A DNA stretch of 64,000 bases from Candidatus Hodarchaeota archaeon (lineage in GTDB: Archaea; Asgardarchaeota; Heimdallarchaeia; Hodarchaeales; Hodarchaeaceae), in contig JAEOTC010000154.1 in NCBI GenBank assembly GCA_016840035.1, positions 1 to 64,000 on the forward strand, in the 5' to 3' direction. Shown one piece after another: positions 49,225 to 59,884 of this stretch. Made by a program: the position numbers and the translations under genes. The notes beneath the pieces were generated by a model. The model made no database searches and was not told the origin of the DNA. It saw only the letters and a program-made list of their open reading frames with translations. Within the stretch, counting starts at the first letter, position 1, and each line of letters starts with the position of its first letter.

Positions 49225-50205
49225 ATGGTTGGAAAAATTGATGACATTCTTTCGCTCCTTTCACGGATGGAGAAATTAACAACCAACCATCTTCAAACCA
49301 AGCATGACCTCTCACAGGAACTTAAGGAGACCTCAGAAAAGGAGAAAAAATTTAAAATAGAGGTCACTGAATTAAAAAAGGCTGTAGATCAATCAACAGG
49401 TGAATCAAAACCAGAACGAAAGATGGAAGATATCACAAAACTTATTACGACTATAAACGATCTGGAAAATGAAATCGCAAACAATGAATTACAGAATTCT
49501 GAAATAGAATCAGAACTAACTCTGAAAAAGACCGAACAGGGTATTTTGGCAAATAAAATTCAAATGCTCCAAAATGAGAAAGAACAACTTGAAATCACAT
49601 GTACCCAGAAGAAAGCTGAACGTTCCCGTGCAAAGAAAGACAGTGCAAAAGTTCAAAGAGAACGAGGAAAACTAAATAGATTGAGAAAGCAAATAGAAGT
49701 TAAAGAAGAACAAAAAAAGAACTTAGAATCAGCTACACAAACGATAAACTTAATTGAGCAAGTAATAATCGCCTCTTCACCTATTTCAGGAGACAAATCA
49801 GGAGAATTCCCCCAAGAGGTTTCTCAGGAATTACAAGAACAGATAATCTCCTCAAGGCAGAAATTTGATGAGGCACAAACAAAATTTTCTTCTACAGATC
49901 TCACTCCCTATTTACTTGATGCAGATAAATCATTTAGAATAGCTGTAAAGGCATTTATATTGTTAGATAGTAGGTTGAGGGATGAAATCACTGAACAACC
50001 ATTCAATGAGCAAGTTTTCGAACTAGTAAGTTTTGGGTTGGTTCTCAATACCCGTCATTTGAATGCTGTCGAAGCGATGTTACAAAAATTAGAAAAAGGG
50101 GTGGAAATTGCTCCCCTTGCGAGTTTTGCAAATGAAGTAAGAGATTATTTCAACGAAAATCTATCTCTGATTGGGATTAGTGGAGTATTACTTGAATTTG
50201 AGTAA
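49225..50205 (+). CDS. Coiled-coil hypothetical protein with helical C-terminal domain
   Basis: Long heptad region; 6 bp after the previous gene. Confidence 0.7.
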   Translation: MVGKIDDILSLLSRMEKLTTNHLQTKHDLSQELKETSEKEKKFKIEVTELKKAVDQSTGESKPERKMEDITKLITTINDLENEIANNELQNSEIESELTLKKTEQGILANKIQMLQNEKEQLEITCTQKKAERSRAKKDSAKVQRERGKLNRLRKQIEVKEEQKKNLESATQTINLIEQVIIASSPISGDKSGEFPQEVSQELQEQIISSRQKFDEAQTKFSSTDLTPYLLDADKSFRIAVKAFILLDSRLRDEITEQPFNEQVFELVSFGLVLNTRHLNAVEAMLQKLEKGVEIAPLASFANEVRDYFNENLSLIGISGVLLEFE

Positions 50206-50269
50206 AGAAAAAACAGTATTTTACTCATACTGCTTCTTCCTACACTTTATGTTTGTTATTATGTCGTCC

Positions 50270-53200
50270 TTACTCTTTTTTCGGTCGTTTTCGATAACCT
50301 AAGATTGTCACAAGTAATGCGAGAGTGATCAGTGTAAAACCAGGGAAATATCCCCCTTTGGCCGTCGTAGTAGTTGTAGAGGTGTCAGAAGGCGTAGTGG
50401 TGGTAGTAGTTATAGTGGTGTCAACGGTAAAGACTATTGTCATCTGTCCACTATTCCCTGCTGTATCCACAGCAACTATGGTGATATTATTTTCACCCTC
50501 AGGAAGGGATGTAAGAACATTTCCACTGGGTAGGGCTGTAGTATTCGCCACACCATTGAGAAATATTGTTGTTACACCTTCTGATATGGTATAGGTTAAG
50601 GTCACACTGTTGCTAGTATAGGTTATATCATTTGGACTGGAAATTTCAACGACTGGATTTGTATCATCTGTTGTAAAGATTAAGTCCATAGATACTCCAT
50701 TTCCTGCACTATCTATTGCTAGTAGATATAAGGTATGGATGCCGTCTCCTGCTGGTAAAGGTGTTTGATACGGTGGTTCTAATAGCTGATATGGACCTAT
50801 ATCCCAATAGTACCTTAAGACGTCTAAATGAATCTCTGTTACACTCAGGTCAATAAGAGTCCCACTGTTATGATTAGTATTATTCGCTGGATATTCTAAT
50901 ATGATTACTGGGTCAATATCGTCAGTGATAAAGCTGTATATTTGAGAGACCAGATGACCAGCCGTATCATTCGCATATACATGTAACCAGTGGGTTCCTT
51001 CCCCAGTCGGTAGGGGAGTCTGATATGGTTCATTCCATGTCTGGTTTGTGTTGTCATCCCAATTGTACCAGACAGTATCCAGATATTCATCGAATACAGC
51101 AATATTCACGAGGATTCCTGAAGGGTAGATAGAATTGTTTTGATGTGAAGCTAATGTGATACTAGGGAGAATTTCATCTATTGTAAATTTCGTAACAAAA
51201 ACATCCGTATAGAATTCTGTTCCTCCATAAGTATCATTAGCTGCACGATAAGTTGGAAAATCGCTTGACTCGGTGAATCCAGCGATATAACTATTGTTGT
51301 ACTCGTCTATTGTTATGGTTTTACCTTCATCATCTTCAGACCCGCCTAAGTAAGTACTAAATATTAATCCGTTGCCTGAGCTATTGAATTTCGTTATGAA
51401 TGCATCTTCATCATTGAGTCCACCATTATTACTGCTATCATAAGCATTAACCGTTGGTAAATCATAGGATCTCGTTGTTCCCACTATATACGTATTGTTG
51501 TATACATCTACTACAATATCATTTGGAATATCAGAGAAATTGCCTCCAAAGAGTGTACTGAATACAAAGCCTGTGCCTGTGCTATTTAATTTCGTAATAA
51601 ATCCTTCAAGTCCATCAAAACTGCTGTCATAGGCATTAACTAATGGATAATCTGCTGAATTCGTTGTTCCACATATATAACTATTATTATAGATATCGAC
51701 AGCCAGCGCTGTTGGATTGTCGTAGTTATTACCTCCGAGATAGGTACTAAACACTAATCCATTCCCAGCTGCATTGATTTTACTTACGAAATAGTCTTTT
51801 GGTCCTGAAAGAGTGTCATTGATGGCATTTACTAGTGGGAAATCTGTAGAGCTATAGGTGTCACCTGTCAAGTACGTATTGTTGTATGCATCAATTGCAA
51901 TAGCCCTAAAGTAATCCTGCCCATCACCTCCTAAATAAGAGCTGAATATTAGTCCCGTTCCAGTAGCATTGAGTTTGGTAACAAAAGCCTCTGATCCCCC
52001 AGCAATAACGGTATCAAAAGCATTTACTTTAGGAAAATTAGCAGAAAATGTCGTACCCGCGACATAAATATTGTCATAGGAATCAACAGCTATTTTTACG
52101 GTATTTTCGTTTGATGAACCCCCTAAATAGGTGCTAAAAATGAGTCCATTCCCCGTACTATTCAACTTTGCAATGAATCCGTCATCCCCTCCATTACGAC
52201 TGGCATTCAATCCTTTATAGGTTGGAAAGTTGTCTGAACCCGTGGTCCCTGAAAGATAGATATTATTATTCGAATCAATTGAGAGTCCATCCGCTGTGTC
52301 ATAGCTACTTCCACCCAGAAATGAACTGAAAACAATTCCTGTCCCAGTAGTGTTTAGTTTTGTTATAAAAGCATCTTGAGAGCCATTATGAGTACTTTCA
52401 AAAGCGTTAACGCTTGGAAAATTTATCGAATATGTGTAACCACAAATATAGGCATTATTATCCTGATCGACTACCACTTCTGCTGGATATTCATTATCAT
52501 TCCCTCCTAAGAACGTACTGTAAGATAATACCAGAGGATCGATAACTAATACTTGAGATGAATCATAAGTATCAATGAGATATCCATAACTGTTTGAGGA
52601 TTTCGCTAAGAATGTAGCAGGGATTTCTGTTCCATCAAATTGAAAAACACGTAGGTGTGTATCTTGAATAACAGGGAATATTTGTGAAAAAGTGTTGAAA
52701 GCAACTCTATCCGGTTTTACGTTAAGCTGAATCGAATTACTTGTTTGAAGAATAATATTATTTAGATCAGCCCCTGGATGAACCAGAAACTCGTATTTTA
52801 ATCCATTTACTGACATATAATAACGTAGATCAATGTTCTCGTAGAGATTATAGTACCACACCTCTTTAAATGTAGGAACATTTGCTGCCTGGAAATCTGA
52901 ATAAAAATAATTGACATAATTTTTTTGTCGATGTATTCCAACTGGGGTTATTTTTTCGGCATGGGGAAATGTAATGGAAAACGTAGTTAAACTAGATCCT
53001 CCTCCTGAGTCTGTAACAAACTTTATCTCTGATGTACTAAAACCAATACTCATTCCTTGGGTTGAAAAATAATATTTTATCGACCCATCACTTATCTGCC
53101 CTTGGTTCTGGATAAAACCACTAAATGGCATATCTATTGGTGTGCTTATCGCAGGTACATTGGTTATTGGAATAAGTTTGGAAAAATCTTCTTCTGTTGA

Positions 53201-53311
53201 GACTTGGTCTACTCTCTTTTCTATATAGTTAGTTTTGTTAATTATACCATGAATTGTGAATATAATCATGGAAATTATTATTATTGTTTGTAGTTTTCTC
53301 TGGTTCACCAT
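50270..53311 (-). CDS. SBBP-repeat beta-propeller surface protein with Ig-like modules and PGF-type anchor
   Basis: Repeats of FSTYLGG..D..NN.YI.G.T.S.NFP..NA; Thr stalk; FPGF + TM + RKRPKKE. Confidence 0.88.
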   Translation of the reverse strand: MVNQRKLQTIIIISMIIFTIHGIINKTNYIEKRVDQVSTEEDFSKLIPITNVPAISTPIDMPFSGFIQNQGQISDGSIKYYFSTQGMSIGFSTSEIKFVTDSGGGSSLTTFSITFPHAEKITPVGIHRQKNYVNYFYSDFQAANVPTFKEVWYYNLYENIDLRYYMSVNGLKYEFLVHPGADLNNIILQTSNSIQLNVKPDRVAFNTFSQIFPVIQDTHLRVFQFDGTEIPATFLAKSSNSYGYLIDTYDSSQVLVIDPLVLSYSTFLGGNDNEYPAEVVVDQDNNAYICGYTYSINFPSVNAFESTHNGSQDAFITKLNTTGTGIVFSSFLGGSSYDTADGLSIDSNNNIYLSGTTGSDNFPTYKGLNASRNGGDDGFIAKLNSTGNGLIFSTYLGGSSNENTVKIAVDSYDNIYVAGTTFSANFPKVNAFDTVIAGGSEAFVTKLNATGTGLIFSSYLGGDGQDYFRAIAIDAYNNTYLTGDTYSSTDFPLVNAINDTLSGPKDYFVSKINAAGNGLVFSTYLGGNNYDNPTALAVDIYNNSYICGTTNSADYPLVNAYDSSFDGLEGFITKLNSTGTGFVFSTLFGGNFSDIPNDIVVDVYNNTYIVGTTRSYDLPTVNAYDSSNNGGLNDEDAFITKFNSSGNGLIFSTYLGGSEDDEGKTITIDEYNNSYIAGFTESSDFPTYRAANDTYGGTEFYTDVFVTKFTIDEILPSITLASHQNNSIYPSGILVNIAVFDEYLDTVWYNWDDNTNQTWNEPYQTPLPTGEGTHWLHVYANDTAGHLVSQIYSFITDDIDPVIILEYPANNTNHNSGTLIDLSVTEIHLDVLRYYWDIGPYQLLEPPYQTPLPAGDGIHTLYLLAIDSAGNGVSMDLIFTTDDTNPVVEISSPNDITYTSNSVTLTYTISEGVTTIFLNGVANTTALPSGNVLTSLPEGENNITIVAVDTAGNSGQMTIVFTVDTTITTTTTTPSDTSTTTTTAKGGYFPGFTLITLALLVTILGYRKRPKKE

Positions 53312-53716
53312 TTTTTATCCTCAGCTTTCAGTTTTTATTCCAAGTAAAAAATTCTTCATTATTCGTTTTAGAATTTAGAAATAACAAGTTTTATTGATTG
53401 TATTTTAGAATTAACATAAATTATCGATGTTGTCTGAAAGACACCTATTCCACACTGTCAGTTAATAAACGTGCCTGTTGTAACTGAATCTAATCATAAT
53501 AACTGTCTTTCCCTTCCTCTCTGGTTTCTTTTCAACCTGAAGATTGTGACAAAAACCGTGATTACTCCTCCTATAAACCTCTCTCCTGATTAATTTTCAG
53601 CAATAGACAATTCTAAGTTAACTATTTTTGGCATAGCTATCAGAAAAGGTACTAGCTATTTCATTTACTTCCCCGCAATTCTAATCATAAGTGTATAAAA
53701 AAAAGGGGGAGGAAGG

Positions 53717-54808
53717 CTAGATAAGCGACTTTCTATCACTTCCCTTCCAAGCTCCAAACTTAAAGATATCATAGAGCGCTGAAAGAAATGAGATAACTGT
53801 CACAATTCCAAAGATCACTAATAAAAACAGATCTGCATTTTGAATAAACCAAAATACATCAGGATCTGCTAATACATCAGCTGGAGCATAAGCAGTTATT
53901 GCTTCTGTGAGAGTGAATGGGAAGTAAATTAATACAATTATCCCAGAAACTCCACTAGCAATATTTTTCACTGCTGAAGCTAACCGAGTAACCCTGATTC
54001 GTCCAAATAGCACGAGAAATGCATTGTATCCAATACTAATAATAAGTGAAAGATATATAGCAAGACCACTGATTAAATACCAGTTATCATTAAATATTGG
54101 AATGTCAGAAATCTCTAAATAAAGGAAAAAAGCAATAGCTAAGACGGTAAATATACCTCCAAAGAATCCACCAAGGTGTTGTCCGAATGCTGACCAAAAG
54201 CTAACTTCAGGTTTTCGGGGATCTTCCCGTACATAATAAACATCTAAAGATTTTTTTGGTACAGGTGTCGTCTTTTTATTAAATTCTGCCTTGATCTCTT
54301 CATACGACTTCTGGAATGAGACACGGAGTTTCAATATCTGTTCTTTAAAGGTTTTCTCATCAGAGATATATAAAGCCATCATAAAGAAGGCAATTCCAAT
54401 CAATCCCATGACGAAGGATAGAAATGAGACAAAGGGATCATTTGTAGCCATTTGAATGATCCATGCGATAGCCATAATCCCGATAAAACCAGCTAAAGCA
54501 AGTATTATGAATTGTTCATTCTGTATCTTAGATTCAGGTCTAGTTAATGGAGTTTTCCATTCATTAGCGATGTTAGATTCTTCTTCCAAAAATTTTGATG
54601 CGAGAGTTTTGGGATCTTCCATGATCATTAAAGCTTGTTCAAATGATTCATGAATAGTTAAACCTTTTTGCTTTTCAGAGATATTGTGAGCAAGATCCCA
54701 GATGTGTGCTTGCAGTTCTTTTAAAATTTGGTCCTTATCTGCTAAAGGGTCAAGATATCTTCCAACTTCAGCAAGATAGTCATCAATTTCTTTATATGTC
54801 GTATTCAT
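53717..54808 (-). CDS. Membrane protein with N-terminal HAAS-like domain
   Basis: IDDYLAEVGRYL..ILKELQAHI..MEDPKTLA followed by TMs; downstream of padR. Confidence 0.7.
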   Translation of the reverse strand: MNTTYKEIDDYLAEVGRYLDPLADKDQILKELQAHIWDLAHNISEKQKGLTIHESFEQALMIMEDPKTLASKFLEEESNIANEWKTPLTRPESKIQNEQFIILALAGFIGIMAIAWIIQMATNDPFVSFLSFVMGLIGIAFFMMALYISDEKTFKEQILKLRVSFQKSYEEIKAEFNKKTTPVPKKSLDVYYVREDPRKPEVSFWSAFGQHLGGFFGGIFTVLAIAFFLYLEISDIPIFNDNWYLISGLAIYLSLIISIGYNAFLVLFGRIRVTRLASAVKNIASGVSGIIVLIYFPFTLTEAITAYAPADVLADPDVFWFIQNADLFLLVIFGIVTVISFLSALYDIFKFGAWKGSDRKSLI

Positions 54809-55191
54809 AATATGTTCATCTCATTATTTTCAATTAAATTTTCAAGGATTTCATAATAATGAATCCAGTTCTGCCAAAGAGCTCGATAAGCCTGTTCTCC
54901 TTTGGAAGTTAAGTGATAATGCTTTCGTGCAGGACCCGATGTGGAAACTTTAAGTTTATGTTCAACCAATCCTTCTTTTTCGAATCTTCTTAGGATGGCA
55001 TAGAAAGTTGCTTTTGAGGCATCGAGCTCTCCGTGCGTAGTTTCAACTAGTTTTTCTCCAATAAGGTAACCATAAATCCCTTCATCCTGGTACTGCTTGA
55101 TGATAGCGAGTAATGCCAGACGATTAGCCGAGTTTATGAGACTAGTGATCTCCTTAGTCACCCATTGGGTAATTTCATCAGTTTGTGTCAA
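54805..55191 (-). CDS. PadR-family transcriptional regulator
   Basis: YGYLI, ATFYAILRRFEKEGLV, GPARKHYHLTSKG; TTG start. Confidence 0.9.
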   Translation of the reverse strand: MTQTDEITQWVTKEITSLINSANRLALLAIIKQYQDEGIYGYLIGEKLVETTHGELDASKATFYAILRRFEKEGLVEHKLKVSTSGPARKHYHLTSKGEQAYRALWQNWIHYYEILENLIENNEMNIL

Positions 55192-55307
55192 TTATAATAC
55201 CTCAAATAGTATTATCATCTACTAATAGCAGAAGTAGTATATGACTTAAGAATACTTCGGTTGGGGTATTTCCCCGTACTTAAATACTCACACTCAATAA
55301 TTAGTAT

Positions 55308-56624
55308 GTGAAGCTTCATTCGTTCGGTAAGTTCCATCAACCGACGTTCCTTCTAGTTGTGACTATTTTTTTATCCCAAAATAGTCTATATCTACTTTCT
55401 GCCCCCTCTGACATTGACAACACAATTTTTGACCTTTCCTTCAGAGGAGTTGATATTTCTTACCTACCAGAAATTGAAGATAATGGTGGGATATATTATT
55501 CAAATGGCCAAGCACAAAATCTCCTTCATATCTTAAAAAATAACGGTATTAACTCAATTCGTCTTCGAATTTGGAATGATCCCTTAGATCAGTACTGTGG
55601 TAAGAATCAAACATTATCATTTGCAAAAAGGATTTCAAACCTTGATCTAAAACTTCTTCTTGATTTTCATTATTCAGATACTTGGGCTGATCCTGGACAT
55701 CAACTAAAACCCGAAGCTTGGAGTAATCTATCCTTCAATGACCTTAAAATTGCTATTTATGATTATACCTTTGAAATTATTTCTGATTTAGGTACCCAAG
55801 GGTCATTACCAAGCATAGTTCAGATAGGAAACGAAATTACTGGGGGTATGCTATGGGATGAGGGCAAGGTAGGAGGGGCATATAATACGGTTCCTCAATG
55901 GACTCAATTTACAGACCTTCTTAAAAGTGCTATTCAAGCGGTACATGACGCCGCAGAGGACGAAAGTATTCAGATTATGATTCATTCTGATCGAGGGGGG
56001 GACAATGCGGGATGTAGATGGTTTTATGATAATCTTCTCTTGTACAATGTTTCGTTTGATATCATTGGATTGTCCTACTACCCTTGGTGGCATGGTACCT
56101 TGCAAGATCTTAAGGAAAATTTGGTTAATCTATCAACAAGGTATGATCATAATCTGTGCGTCGTAGAAACCGCGTATCCTTGGACTTTGGACTGGTATGA
56201 TAATACTACCAATAGGATTGGTCTACAATCCCAACTCCATGAGGGGTATCCCGCAACCGTTCAAGGGCAATTAATGTTTCTAAAAGACTTATTTAAAATT
56301 GTAAAGAATTCAACATACTCGAAGGGAATCGGAGTTTATTATTGGGCACCAGAAGTCATTTCTACAGCTACTCGTGGGTCATCAAGAGAAAATCTTGGGT
56401 TTTTTGATTTTTCAGGAAATCTGCTTAACTCAATAAGTGCTTTTTCTCCGACTCTGCCCGTAAGTTCTTCTCAAACGTTCACTGAAAGTCAAACTTCTAT
56501 ACAAAGTTATACAACCCAGTCCTCTGAAAATCTATCAACGAATGGAGAAGTTTCTTTTAGGGTTAGCTTAATCAGCTTGATTTTTGGGTTGTACATCATC
56601 TCTTATTATCGAAAACAAAATTAA
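55308..56624 (+). CDS. GH53 endo-beta-1,4-galactanase with C-terminal membrane anchor
   Basis: GVDISY, IRLRIWNDP, DFHYSDTWADPGHQ, QIGNEI, GLSYYPWWHG, VETAYPW. Confidence 0.92.
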   Translation: MKLHSFGKFHQPTFLLVVTIFLSQNSLYLLSAPSDIDNTIFDLSFRGVDISYLPEIEDNGGIYYSNGQAQNLLHILKNNGINSIRLRIWNDPLDQYCGKNQTLSFAKRISNLDLKLLLDFHYSDTWADPGHQLKPEAWSNLSFNDLKIAIYDYTFEIISDLGTQGSLPSIVQIGNEITGGMLWDEGKVGGAYNTVPQWTQFTDLLKSAIQAVHDAAEDESIQIMIHSDRGGDNAGCRWFYDNLLLYNVSFDIIGLSYYPWWHGTLQDLKENLVNLSTRYDHNLCVVETAYPWTLDWYDNTTNRIGLQSQLHEGYPATVQGQLMFLKDLFKIVKNSTYSKGIGVYYWAPEVISTATRGSSRENLGFFDFSGNLLNSISAFSPTLPVSSSQTFTESQTSIQSYTTQSSENLSTNGEVSFRVSLISLIFGLYIISYYRKQN

Positions 56625-56678
56625 ATCTAGGAAGAATTTACAGGATAGCTTTGATTTTAACATTTTAATGGGATTTAT

Positions 56679-57317
56679 ATGAACCTTTCTCCTCCTAAAC
56701 TTGCCCCAAAAATCATTCTGGAAGGAACACGGCTGACACAAAAGACTGAGATAGCATTTATGTTAAATGAACATCCACGTATTGTAGGCCCTCGTAAATA
56801 TCGGTATCATTCTCCTATCATATCTGCGGAATGGTGTGGATTTACAAATTATCCCTGGGGAAGAGGATTAATAAATTTTAATCCATCAGAGAAAAATTTA
56901 GCACTAGAAACATATCAAACCTGGATTAAAATGTTTGAACTTCAAAGATATTATTCTTGGATAATTGATAGATTTCATATCAGCACAACGGTTTACCAGA
57001 AGCAACAGGGAAGAACGATAAATTTCGACTGGTTAGAAAAAAGACTAAAACCTCTTGGTTTTTGTATAATCCTCTGTACTAGAAGTAAAAACAGCTTCTT
57101 TAACGCGAGAAAAGAACGATTAAAAATTTCTGGCAATCCTCAGCAATATGATGATCTAACTGTCTTTATTGAAGAACAAGAGCTATTTAAGTACGTTATT
57201 TCTACGTCTACTCTTCCACATCTGGAAGTAGATGTATCTAACGATGATCTCGAAGCATCTTGTATCAAAGTTGCTGATTTCCTTGAAAGTAATAACCTCC
57301 TTGGACTTTATGATTAG
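56679..57317 (+). CDS. Nucleoside/nucleotide-kinase-like protein with degenerate P-loop
   Basis: IILEGTRLTQKT and WIIDRFHIS. Confidence 0.55.
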   Translation: MNLSPPKLAPKIILEGTRLTQKTEIAFMLNEHPRIVGPRKYRYHSPIISAEWCGFTNYPWGRGLINFNPSEKNLALETYQTWIKMFELQRYYSWIIDRFHISTTVYQKQQGRTINFDWLEKRLKPLGFCIILCTRSKNSFFNARKERLKISGNPQQYDDLTVFIEEQELFKYVISTSTLPHLEVDVSNDDLEASCIKVADFLESNNLLGLYD

Positions 57318-57389
57318 AATACACAAAGACGTACAAATGTGAAAACCAATGTTTATTATAAAGTGACAATCCTTTTTCAATGACCACCC

Positions 57390-59699
57390 GTGCGAGTTCG
57401 AAAACCTTCTCTAAACGTTGTTACTATCATTTTACTTGGTACAATTTTACCAATTGTTTTAGGAACATTATTTGGAGTTGTTGTTTATTCTGGAACAATT
57501 AATCGAGCAAATTCACTTGCCAGTGACTCTCTTTCTCAAACTGCTTACAATGAGCTGAAAACAACATTAAATACCCAAACTCAAATTCTTGACGATTTCT
57601 TCCTTGATCATGAACTGGATATTATTCATGCTCAAAACTACCTAGAAAATCTCTTAGAGTTCACAAATACTAATTCTAATTGGAATTTCTCCCTTATTAG
57701 TCAAAATGAGGATGGAATTAAAGGTTTGGAAACAGACATCGGTTTCGGAGATGTATTTGTTTTCCCTGATACTGAAATGAATAGTACGATAAATAATACC
57801 ATTGAATATCTCTCATTAGGGGCACCATACTTTAATTCCATTGTTAATTCCACCTCCATAGTACATGCATATTTCTCAACCCAAAATGGAGTGAATTGGG
57901 TTTATCCTTTCATAAATGCTTTAAGTTTTCTTGATCCTGAAACTGGAGCGCAACAACGACCATGGTATCAGGAAGCAATTCAAACAAACACTATTGGCTG
58001 GTCAATTTATACAGATGCTTTTACTGGAAATTTAATAGCGACAGTTTCTATACCATTCTATAATGGATCAGAGCTTTTCGGGGTGGTAGGTTTTGATATT
58101 TCTCTAGCATCAATAGAAATTGAACTTAGTGCATTTTCTTTTAGTGAAACAAGCTATGCTCTGCTAATTAATCGTACTCTTGCCATTATTGCCCGATCTG
58201 ATGTTCTAATTACTGATCCAGGGTATGATGAGCTTACAAATGCAACCAAAGTTACAAATACTTCATTCTCAGCCCTCTACACCTCATTAATGCAGGCTTT
58301 TGATTATAAATATGGAATTATTGAGTTAGACTTACAAGCTGGGGTTGACTTTTCAGAAGTAGAATCAAAGCTTATTTTCTATAAGTCACTAGAATTTGTA
58401 GATCTATTATTTTGTATCGTGATAAGCGAGACTGATATTAATATTATGGCAGCTTCCATTTTAAATCTTTATAATTCATCAGCAGGCCAATTTGTATTGA
58501 GTCAAATACTAACGATTATAGTAATTTTCTTCTTAACCTTTCTAATAGCGTTTTTAGCCTATAGTTATGGAATTAGAGGGATTTTTAGATCACGGACGCG
58601 AATCACAGAAGCTAAACTTGAAAAATCCGAAAGAGATTATCAAGATTTATTCGAAGAAACTCCCATTGGATTGTATAGGTCAACTCCTGACGGTAAATTT
58701 ATTGCAGCCAACGAGGCCTTTGTTAAGTTAATCGGAGCAAAATCCTTTGACGAACTCCAAGATTGGAACATTAATGACTTGACAAAAGAGATTGAATATC
58801 CACGTGCCGATTTCACTCTGAAATTGGCAAGTAGTAGAGAAACGAAAACTTTTGAATACAGAATTAAGCGATTAGATGGATCTTACATTTTCATTCGCGA
58901 ACACTCCAAAGTAGTCCGTGATGAGGATGGAAACATCTTATTTTACGAGGGGTCCATGGAGGATATTTCTAAACAACGAGCCGCGGAATTTGCAAAAACA
59001 GTATTAGAACAGAAACGATCAGATTTTATTTCCATGACGACTCATGAGCTGAGAACACCCTTAACTGCAATTAAGGGATTTACCGATATATTGGAAAGAT
59101 CAAGTGATCAAGATATTGAAGTCGATAAAAGGGTGCAGATTTATTCCCTAATTAAGAAAAATGTGTTACGCCTAGAAAGACTCGTGCAAGGAGTCAGTGA
59201 TCTTACTAGAATGGAGCAAGGGATGTTCGATTTACGACTAGAAGAGTTTAAGTTATGCGATTATCTTAAAAATCTACTTCCTATGTTTGAAACATTACTA
59301 GGACATCCTATGCAAATCATCCAACATTCTCCTGAAAAAAGCTGTAGGGTCAATGCAGATAAAGTCAGAATTGAGCAAATTCTAACGAATTTAATTGATA
59401 ATGCCATAAAACACACACCAGAAGATAATCGACAAATAACGCTCGAAACTGAGATCTTTGATGAGATAATTCAGCTAAGAATTATCGATAATGGTTGTGG
59501 TATTTCAACGGAAAATTTGGAAATTATCTTTAACCAATTTGTTTCCTTACCAACTCAATATTCAGTGGGGGGTACTGGCATTGGTTTGTATGTATCCAGA
59601 TTACTAGCTGAAGCCCAAGGTGGTACGCTTCGAGCAGAAAGTGATGGATCTGGATTGGGATCAACTTTTATCTTAGAATTACCTCTTTTAAATTCATAA
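57390..59699 (+). CDS. Membrane sensor histidine kinase (Cache-PAS-HisKA-HATPase)
   Basis: RPWYQEA Cache motif, PAS, THELRTPL, NLIDNAIK, DNGCG, GTGIGL. No adjacent response regulator. Confidence 0.93.
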   Translation: MRVRKPSLNVVTIILLGTILPIVLGTLFGVVVYSGTINRANSLASDSLSQTAYNELKTTLNTQTQILDDFFLDHELDIIHAQNYLENLLEFTNTNSNWNFSLISQNEDGIKGLETDIGFGDVFVFPDTEMNSTINNTIEYLSLGAPYFNSIVNSTSIVHAYFSTQNGVNWVYPFINALSFLDPETGAQQRPWYQEAIQTNTIGWSIYTDAFTGNLIATVSIPFYNGSELFGVVGFDISLASIEIELSAFSFSETSYALLINRTLAIIARSDVLITDPGYDELTNATKVTNTSFSALYTSLMQAFDYKYGIIELDLQAGVDFSEVESKLIFYKSLEFVDLLFCIVISETDINIMAASILNLYNSSAGQFVLSQILTIIVIFFLTFLIAFLAYSYGIRGIFRSRTRITEAKLEKSERDYQDLFEETPIGLYRSTPDGKFIAANEAFVKLIGAKSFDELQDWNINDLTKEIEYPRADFTLKLASSRETKTFEYRIKRLDGSYIFIREHSKVVRDEDGNILFYEGSMEDISKQRAAEFAKTVLEQKRSDFISMTTHELRTPLTAIKGFTDILERSSDQDIEVDKRVQIYSLIKKNVLRLERLVQGVSDLTRMEQGMFDLRLEEFKLCDYLKNLLPMFETLLGHPMQIIQHSPEKSCRVNADKVRIEQILTNLIDNAIKHTPEDNRQITLETEIFDEIIQLRIIDNGCGISTENLEIIFNQFVSLPTQYSVGGTGIGLYVSRLLAEAQGGTLRAESDGSGLGSTFILELPLLNS

Positions 59700-59884
59700 A
59701 TCTCTTCTACCACTTAACCACTCAGATAGTGTTTCAGATTTAGATATTCAGTACGAATTATCACGCTACTGTTAAAAATCATTTTTATACATGTAGATCC
59801 TTTACCGACATCTTCATTTTTTTAAACTCAGCTTTGAATGTTTCTCTTATTGGAATATTATTCCACTTTTTCGGTGTAATAACG

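Noticed and set aside
47300-52530. Repetitive DNA as CRISPR or tandem repeat
   Set aside because: The repeats are degenerate, in-frame protein repeats (FG-GAP, SBBP).
53495-53634. Possible degraded minus-strand ORF (MPKIVNLELSIAEN*SGERFIGGVITVFVTIFRLKR...)
   Set aside because: Short, interrupted by a stop, and has no recognisable family; could be chance.
55207-55239. TAGTA/TACTA inverted repeats upstream of padR as an operator
   Set aside because: The position is plausible, but 5-bp arms are too common in AT-rich DNA to support a call.
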